In this document: positions 57,596 to 64,000 of the stretch, one piece after another | How the letters are laid out: each line of letters opens with the position of its first letter | Position numbering within the stretch: the stretch's first letter is position 1 | Origin: Nitrosopumilus sp. | Lineage (GTDB): Archaea; Thermoproteota; Nitrososphaeria; Nitrososphaerales; Nitrosopumilaceae | Length of the DNA: 64,000 bases | Direction of reading: 5' to 3' | NCBI GenBank assembly: GCA_965218785.1 | Contig: OZ244650.1 | Span: 1,312,001-1,376,000 of the forward strand | Program-made: the position numbers and the translations under genes | Notes under the pieces: generated by a model | The model's database searches: none | What the model was told of the DNA's origin: nothing | What the model saw: the letters and a program-made list of their open reading frames with translations, nothing else

Positions 57596-58945
57596 ATGTT
57601 TCATAAATCTAATGTTTTTGAGAAGATATTGGAAAAATTAGCAGGTATTTCCATAGTAATAAACAATGATCTATTGGAAAATAAGAACGGGAAATATGTG
57701 AAAACCGTCCGCACTCCTATTTTCAGGAGAGGTAATCTTGCACAAATTGGGAAAGAAGATCGTATCGACCATATGAGGTTGCAATACGATATGAAAGAAA
57801 TACTTCAAAAACATGCAAGTGGAAAGCCACAACTAAAAGCCGCCAAATCTCTCTTCATCCACACGCTAGAGAAGGAAATGAAATCATTCAATTTACAACG
57901 TCAAGATGAATTAGATGAATTGGCAACCAATCATTTGTTGGGTTTTATTATGCATGTTTTTAAAAAATATAATAACAAACCGGTATTGAATTTTAAAAAA
58001 CTATTGCGTGATTTTGAAGATCATGCTCATGACAAGATATTTCCATATTTTCACGTTACTCCAGTGTTCAACGTAAAGGGTGATTTTAAGACAACTTTTA
58101 TTTCAGACGAGATGCACATTAGAAAAATAACAAATGATGAATATTCAAAAATAGTTAATCTTCAAAACATTCCGATCAAAGATATTCCATACCATCACAA
58201 ACGCCTGGAATACGTACTAGTGCATAAAGTCATTCCAAAAAAACCACGAAGTGTTCTGCCTGATGTGATAAAAGACTATGAGAGTGTTCTGAATCAATTG
58301 AAATTATTCACAGAAGGCAATCCCCAGTTTGGCAACATCTACAAGCTAGAGTTTGACAAGCAATATACCGGCAAATTGAATTTTTTTGAATCCGGCTATG
58401 AAAAACCATCATCTCCAAAAACCATTATGTTAACTCCTAGGAAAATCAAAGATTTTGTAAAGTTTTATGCCGATTTGTCTGAAAAATGCAATGAAATGAC
58501 ATTTTTGTACACATCCATAAAGCGTTTTGGAATGGCATATCACCATCGGAGTGAGTCTGATAAAATTGTGGATTATGTGATTTCTTTGGAGGCACTGTTG
58601 GTTTTAGGACCTGGGGAATCCACACAAAAACTGTCTCATAGAGTGTCTGCGTTATATGGAAAGACTGATCATGAAAAATTATGGATCTGGGAGTTTATGA
58701 AAGAAGCATACAAATTCCGAAGTGGTATTTTACATGTTGGGCAGGAACGATCCTTCAAAGTGGATTCACAAAAAATAGAACTGGAGGCAGTCTCAGAAAA
58801 ACTTCATACCATAACTAAAACGTCAATTCATCGGTTTAGCAAACTTCTCGATGTGTATAAAAAACAAGACAGAATTATCAATGAATTGGACAAATCTATG
58901 TATGATCGTGGAATCTTGTCACACATGAAAAAATTATGGAATTGA
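57596..58945 (+). CDS. ApeA-like HEPN domain protein (putative RNase effector)
   Basis: IVDYVISLEALL...KLSHRVSAL...AYKFRSGILH (RxxxxH). Confidence 0.8.
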   Translation: MFHKSNVFEKILEKLAGISIVINNDLLENKNGKYVKTVRTPIFRRGNLAQIGKEDRIDHMRLQYDMKEILQKHASGKPQLKAAKSLFIHTLEKEMKSFNLQRQDELDELATNHLLGFIMHVFKKYNNKPVLNFKKLLRDFEDHAHDKIFPYFHVTPVFNVKGDFKTTFISDEMHIRKITNDEYSKIVNLQNIPIKDIPYHHKRLEYVLVHKVIPKKPRSVLPDVIKDYESVLNQLKLFTEGNPQFGNIYKLEFDKQYTGKLNFFESGYEKPSSPKTIMLTPRKIKDFVKFYADLSEKCNEMTFLYTSIKRFGMAYHHRSESDKIVDYVISLEALLVLGPGESTQKLSHRVSALYGKTDHEKLWIWEFMKEAYKFRSGILHVGQERSFKVDSQKIELEAVSEKLHTITKTSIHRFSKLLDVYKKQDRIINELDKSMYDRGILSHMKKLWN

Positions 58946-59117
58946 CTATATGTTCAATTTATTGTGAACAGTATTGCCAAGATGGATTAAAATCCCATGT
59001 TTTGTGGCCATTCTGCTGTACAAAAAATAGGTCGTACTAATTTCAGGCATACTACAAAGGAATACTGTCTGAATCGATCAAGAAAACGAATGATAAAAAG
59101 ATTCTAGACATCACAGA

Positions 59118-59440
59118 TATAGCGACGATCAAAAGTTTCTGAACATTTTTGCAGGGTTTCTAAAAATATAATTGGCAATATCAAGCTTGAACCTTGTTAT
59201 CCTAGAGTATTGAGATATGGTCTTGTTCATTATTGTAAACATTGTATAATATTCCAAGACCAACAATGAATGTTACTTATTTTCCAGTATTGTTCCATCA
59301 TGTTAAGCCACGGAGATCCTTTTGGCAGCTGGATCAACCAGACATTGTGATTTTCCAGTAAATTCCTTGACTTTTTTTTTGATTTGTGGACTGATACCCT
59401 GTCAAGAATTAATCTAATCTTACCATCCAGCATAGTCCAG
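59118..59440 (-). mobile_element. IS630-family transposase 3' remnant with probable terminal repeat
   Basis: LILDRVSVHKS...LPKGSPWLNMMEQYW (DDE motif); frameshifted tail TISQYSRITRFKLDI; end-like TATAGCGACGATCAAAAGTTT at 59118. Confidence 0.8.
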
Positions 59441-59466
59441 AATCCAAAATCATGAGATGGATATTT

Positions 59467-59898
59467 TTACTTTTTCAAATATTTCCGAAATTCATTTTCC
59501 AATGATTCTAACGGTTCATCACTTTCATCATATAACATTTGGAGATATTTGATTCCACCATTTGAATATTCTTCAGCGTTTGTGAGAATCTGATCAGGTT
59601 CCCATAATATAGATACGCCTGCATCGGGATGTGTTTTAAAATAAAGTGAAATCATTAACCATCTTTCTTCTTTTGTAAATACTGCTGTAGGAATTGTATT
59701 ACTTGGTTTTGTAATTTTAGTGGGAGGAATATCCTTCTTATATCCCAGAGCCATTGCAGTTATGAATATATTTGTCATGTTTTTGTTATAAAAAAACGAT
59801 TTTGTTACTTTGATCATCTTTTTATAAAAATCAGAATATTCCTCATCATAACTAGTGTATTTTTTGAATTTAAATTCATACCGTTCATCTTGTTCCAT
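59467..59898 (-). CDS. pbeD: PbeD-like protein (phosphorothioation-associated)
   Basis: IFITAMALGY...AEEYSNGGIKYL; last gene of the helicase-small-ATPase-small operon. Confidence 0.65.
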   Translation of the reverse strand: MEQDERYEFKFKKYTSYDEEYSDFYKKMIKVTKSFFYNKNMTNIFITAMALGYKKDIPPTKITKPSNTIPTAVFTKEERWLMISLYFKTHPDAGVSILWEPDQILTNAEEYSNGGIKYLQMLYDESDEPLESLENEFRKYLKK

Positions 59899-59902
59899 TC
59901 TA

Positions 59903-61990
59903 TTATGCCTCCTTTACTATTGTTCTTGATGATGTATCAGAAATTTTTTCCATTTCCAATCTCATGGCTTTTCCTATTCTTCCATTCTTCTGTAATATTT
60001 TTTGAATTGACTCTATAGGTTTACCTGTTTTGGTATCTTTTATTATTTCGGCATTGTACTCGGTGTTTGTTACAAGTAATGTGATCTGCGTGTCTGGAAG
60101 ATATATGGGGAGATCCTTTGCAGCAGATACTCTTTCTTGTCCAGATACTTTGCCAAATGGAGAATCAATTATCATTGGATAATTCGTATCAGTTACTTCT
60201 CTTACGGCTGCAATATAGCTTAAAGCAAGATATAGAGTCTGACCTGCTGATAATGTCTTTAAATTATTAACCTGTTCGGTATCAATAACTCTAATTTTAT
60301 AATTCTCATCAATTTCAATTCTGTCAATTTGCCAGTTTCTTGTAATTAGTTTTTTAAATATCTCTTCTGTTCTGTTTTGAACTTTTTCTCGAATATCTGT
60401 TAGTAATTCTTCTCTAATCTGATTCAAAATACAATGTGCTTTATCCGCCAAGTCCTTTTTTTGAATCCATTTTTTTGCAGCATCAGTTGTACCAGTGACA
60501 CGGGATATCTTTGCATCCAAATCTTGTATTTCTGATTGTAATGCTTGTTTTTGAGCTTCTTTTAGAGTCAATTCTTGATTAAGTGTTTCTTTTGCATGTC
60601 TCATACTGTCTAGATTAGTTGCAGTTTTTCTAATATCTTTCTCATCATATTCTTTTAGTTTTTCAATTGTGCCATTAACTTTTTCTTTAGCCTCTCGGTA
60701 CGCCAGCCCATATTCTTCCTCTTTTTGACGTAATTCATCTAATTTTTCAAGTATCTCTTTTGAATTCATCGTTTCGATCATGTTGGTTAAGGTCTCTTTT
60801 CCTTCATAGGAGATATTTATCAATGGTGAATTCTTTACTTTATCTCTTAATTCTTCTAAATAATTCATTTCATTACTGGTTTCATTGAATTTTGTTCCAC
60901 AGATACATTCTTTGTGTTTTATCAATTCATCTACAAAGAATTTTTTAATTGGGGGTGGAGTTTCTCCCTTAATCTCTGATTCTTTTAATAGGTTGAATGT
61001 ATGTTCTGTCGCATCCTTCAAGAGTGTTTGTGCAAAATTATCTGTAATGTATGTCATTCGATGATCTTTTTGTCCTACTACGAACTTGTCAAATTGTTCA
61101 CGATTAATTTTTTCAGAATGTAGCTGTCCTTGTAAAATTTCATATGCTTTCAATGGATGTGCTGCCATGGTCATTTCAAGCTGTTTTATATTCTGTTCAT
61201 ATTCTGTCATATTACTATGTCCTATACCTAGACCTTTCTCAATTTTTTCCAGTGTGGTTGTTTTTGATTCTAATTTATCTTGATCAATTCTAGTAGTTGT
61301 ACCAGATGATTTTGCAGCTCTGCTAGAATATAGTTTCAATATTGTTTTCCAGTGATCAATTGATCTTTCTGTAACTGGCAATCCAGAAACTTTTTCAATC
61401 CCATCCTTGATTTTTCCTGAATTTTCATCTTTAAAGAATGAATCTAACATTTCTCCATTAAAAATTACAAAACTCGCTAATTTTTCTGGTAAAAATGTAG
61501 TGACTTTGTCTAGAAATCTAGATGAATCATCTGTAGAATCCCAACTTCCATCACTACTTCTTTGTTTAAACGACTGTGTGATGAATGTGGAAAAACCTGA
61601 ATCGATTTGTCCGGCGGCATCTGAATCAAAGTCTTTCTCTCGTTCATCAGTTGTTCTCTTACAATCCAAATTTCTTGTTATTTGATATTTTGGTCCTTGA
61701 TCATCGTTAATTGTTATTGTAACTGAGCTCTCACAAGCATCACCTACCTTAGTAGCATTTAGAATATTCTGGTTTGGAATGGGTTTACCTTCTCCTTCAT
61801 TTAGAAATTCTTCTTTCTCATAAAGACACCAATACATGGCGTTAATCAAGGATGTCTTTCCTGTGGAATTATTTCCTTCAATAATCGTAAACGATTTTTT
61901 TTGATCCTGGGAAAAATCTATTAAAACATCTTCATATTGTCTAAAGTTTTTTAATTCAACATTCTTTATTGTTAGATTTTTTCCAGCCAT
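59903..61990 (-). CDS. pbeC: PbeC-like SMC/Rad50 ATPase with CxC hook
   Basis: GNNSTGKTS, IFNGE, CICG, LSAGQ, IIDSPFG. Confidence 0.75.
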   Translation of the reverse strand: MAGKNLTIKNVELKNFRQYEDVLIDFSQDQKKSFTIIEGNNSTGKTSLINAMYWCLYEKEEFLNEGEGKPIPNQNILNATKVGDACESSVTITINDDQGPKYQITRNLDCKRTTDEREKDFDSDAAGQIDSGFSTFITQSFKQRSSDGSWDSTDDSSRFLDKVTTFLPEKLASFVIFNGEMLDSFFKDENSGKIKDGIEKVSGLPVTERSIDHWKTILKLYSSRAAKSSGTTTRIDQDKLESKTTTLEKIEKGLGIGHSNMTEYEQNIKQLEMTMAAHPLKAYEILQGQLHSEKINREQFDKFVVGQKDHRMTYITDNFAQTLLKDATEHTFNLLKESEIKGETPPPIKKFFVDELIKHKECICGTKFNETSNEMNYLEELRDKVKNSPLINISYEGKETLTNMIETMNSKEILEKLDELRQKEEEYGLAYREAKEKVNGTIEKLKEYDEKDIRKTATNLDSMRHAKETLNQELTLKEAQKQALQSEIQDLDAKISRVTGTTDAAKKWIQKKDLADKAHCILNQIREELLTDIREKVQNRTEEIFKKLITRNWQIDRIEIDENYKIRVIDTEQVNNLKTLSAGQTLYLALSYIAAVREVTDTNYPMIIDSPFGKVSGQERVSAAKDLPIYLPDTQITLLVTNTEYNAEIIKDTKTGKPIESIQKILQKNGRIGKAMRLEMEKISDTSSRTIVKEA

Positions 61991-62179
61991 TTACTCACCG
62001 TATTTATCAACAAAATCCGAGACTCTTCGGTCATATTCTTTTGTATATTCTTTTTCACCTAAAGAACTCTGCATTTTTTCATAATCAAGTAAATTAAGTA
62101 ATAAATTCTTAAACTCTTCTGATTCATCCAATTCTTCAATTTTTGAAATAATTAATGGATTAATGGTAAAAATACCCAA
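61991..62179 (-). CDS. pbeB: PbeB-like small protein
   Basis: 62 aa acidic helical ORF between helicase and ATPase, abutting the ATPase start. Confidence 0.6.
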   Translation of the reverse strand: MGIFTINPLIISKIEELDESEEFKNLLLNLLDYEKMQSSLGEKEYTKEYDRRVSDFVDKYGE

Positions 62180-62336
62180 TTTCTTTTCTTGGTTCTATCC
62201 ATATTTTAGGATTTACCAGTGACTGGCAGTAATTCCATACACGATGTGGTATGGTCTGATGATTATTTGATGGTATGATCATCAAAAATAATTATTCCTA
62301 GATGTGTTCATAAAGATTTCAAAATTCTCATTTTTA

Positions 62337-64000
62337 TCAATCCATCCCACACAATTTTTTAATCTCATCAATTTTTGCAGAACCGTAATCTGGGTTTAAT
62401 GATATTTTGGACATCTCCTCATGCCTCTGAAGTTCTTTTTTTATAATATTTTTTTCAGATTCTGCATAAATAGGATCGGGTTTTACATTCAAGTGAGGAA
62501 TTACAAAAATATCATGTATGGTCGCATATTTTTTTCTTGTTCCATCAGGATATGTTCCAGCCCAGGTTCTAAGTATTCTTCCCCGTCTTTGTATGAATTG
62601 TTTCGGATTGCCGGTACTTGCCAACATTATGGCAGTATGTAATGGGGGAATATCTACACCCTCATCAAGTATGTTTATTGCTATGGCACAATTCAAACTG
62701 CCTGTTTGTATCTGTTCTAGTATCTTTTCTATTTCTTTCAAGTCCGTTAGTTCTGATTTTATTATACTATTTGGGATTGGAATTTGATTTAAAATTTCTT
62801 GAGCTTGATTTGCCTGTGATTTTATATTTCCTGTTTTAGATGGAGCACAATATATTATTCCATATTTTAATTTTTTATTTTTAGAAATTATTTCTTTAAA
62901 CGCATCGAGTTTTTTCTCTGCATTTTTTATTATATTTGCTCTTTTGTTTAAAAGAATTGCAAGTAATTCCTTATTTTGCTCATGAGGTTTTTTATGCAAT
63001 TCTGGCTGTAATTTTTTTGTAATTATGTGGTATTCCTCTAGTTCATCTGCGGTTAGATCAACATAATAGGGATAATAATAGTATGGAACAAGTATTTTGT
63101 TTTCTATTGCATCTTTTATGTCCATTTTAAATACAGTGGATTCTTTATGACAATTATTGCAATTAACTATGGGTTTAAAATAATCCGCTAGGAATTGGGA
63201 GCCCTCTTCATCAAAATATCTCTGAGGGGTTGCACTTAATCCCAATCTAAATTGATATTCTTCTAATAATGAATTTTGAGTATTGGCAGCACCGGCAGTA
63301 TGTACCTCGTCTGCAATCAATACGGATTGTCTTGAATTTTTTTTAACTATATCAGTAAATTCTTTTTTTGAAAATGTGGCATATGTTGTAATGATTATAG
63401 TCACATCATTGTTTGTTTTTATTTTAAAATTATGATTGTTGATAATTTTAGTTAAATTTGCCCTCCAATCTTTTTTTCCTTTTAGCGTAGTAATGACCTC
63501 AAAATCCCATTTTTTAAATTCTTTATACCATTGTGAAACCAGATTTTTGGTGGGGCAGGCAACAACTACAAACATCTCTGGATAATTTTTTTGAATCTCT
63601 TTGAGGCTTCCTATTGCAGTAAATGTTTTGCCTGTACCTGTGGCCATCTCCAATATGCCTCTGCATCCATGATCAATCCAACTATCTTTTGCGTCTTTTT
63701 GATATTTTCGCAATCTTGGCATGTGTTTTAGATTTAATTCATCAATTGATTTTGGGGCAAATTCTAGTATGTGATCTTTGAGGGCTTGGGGCAAATCTAT
63801 TATTTCAAATTCATTCTCTTTCTCATCTGATTCTAAATAATCTGGGTCATCCCAATAATTTGTAAATTTTTTAAAATCTCTATCTACATATTCCTCATGT
63901 ATCCAACGCTTGTGTATGGTAATGTCCGTATATTCATCTTCATTATCATGACTAGGTTTGATCACCCCATTAAATGAAATTGAATTTCCTTCTTCGTCAT
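62337..64000 (-). CDS. pbeA: PbeA-like (PLD domain +) SF2 DExH helicase; 5' end outside the window
   Basis: LRKYQ, MATGTGKT, ADEVH, LGLSATP, LDEGVDIP, QFIQRRGRILR; frame open to the edge, reading DEEGNSISFNG (PLD-domain tail). Confidence 0.78.
   Translation of the reverse strand, partial: DEEGNSISFNGVIKPSHDNEDEYTDITIHKRWIHEEYVDRDFKKFTNYWDDPDYLESDEKENEFEIIDLPQALKDHILEFAPKSIDELNLKHMPRLRKYQKDAKDSWIDHGCRGILEMATGTGKTFTAIGSLKEIQKNYPEMFVVVACPTKNLVSQWYKEFKKWDFEVITTLKGKKDWRANLTKIINNHNFKIKTNNDVTIIITTYATFSKKEFTDIVKKNSRQSVLIADEVHTAGAANTQNSLLEEYQFRLGLSATPQRYFDEEGSQFLADYFKPIVNCNNCHKESTVFKMDIKDAIENKILVPYYYYPYYVDLTADELEEYHIITKKLQPELHKKPHEQNKELLAILLNKRANIIKNAEKKLDAFKEIISKNKKLKYGIIYCAPSKTGNIKSQANQAQEILNQIPIPNSIIKSELTDLKEIEKILEQIQTGSLNCAIAINILDEGVDIPPLHTAIMLASTGNPKQFIQRRGRILRTWAGTYPDGTRKKYATIHDIFVIPHLNVKPDPIYAESEKNIIKKELQRHEEMSKISLNPDYGSAKIDEIKKLCGMD

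Noticed and set aside
48105-59440. Composite transposon carrying dnd and the ParB module
   Set aside because: The left element ends (GGCGTAAA) do not match the IS630 remnant end (TAGCGACGATC), and no shared target duplication was seen.

Overview
Window from an ammonia-oxidising archaeon (Nitrosopumilaceae-like; inferred from the protein content). Several decayed IS elements and a 5,374-aa repeat-rich surface protein suggest a host-associated lineage (inference). The left part has an AbiEi/AbiEii type IV toxin-antitoxin pair between ISH3-like and IS66 remnants, the 16-kb giant gene (Ig-like domains, four NHL propellers, tandem repeats) and small decayed accessory islets. The middle is core genes: Hef helicase, parvulin, serB, cofE, tusA, trxB, thi4, sulfite reductase, rhodanese, TPR and collagen-like proteins, an H1-like basic protein, a DRG GTPase and argS. 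The right 16 kb is a DNA phosphorothioation defence island: dndBCDEA converging on pbeABCD-like genes, with pbeA running off the window edge. The best novelty candidate sits between dndA and pbeD: a tightly coupled four-gene operon encoding a ParB-like CTPase, a ParB-like HTH protein lacking the CTPase domain, a beta-CASP metallo-nuclease and an ApeA-like HEPN RNase. The visible end of the PbeA PLD nuclease motif looks degenerate. No rRNA, tRNA or CRISPR array was seen. All family calls come from motif recognition, not database searches.
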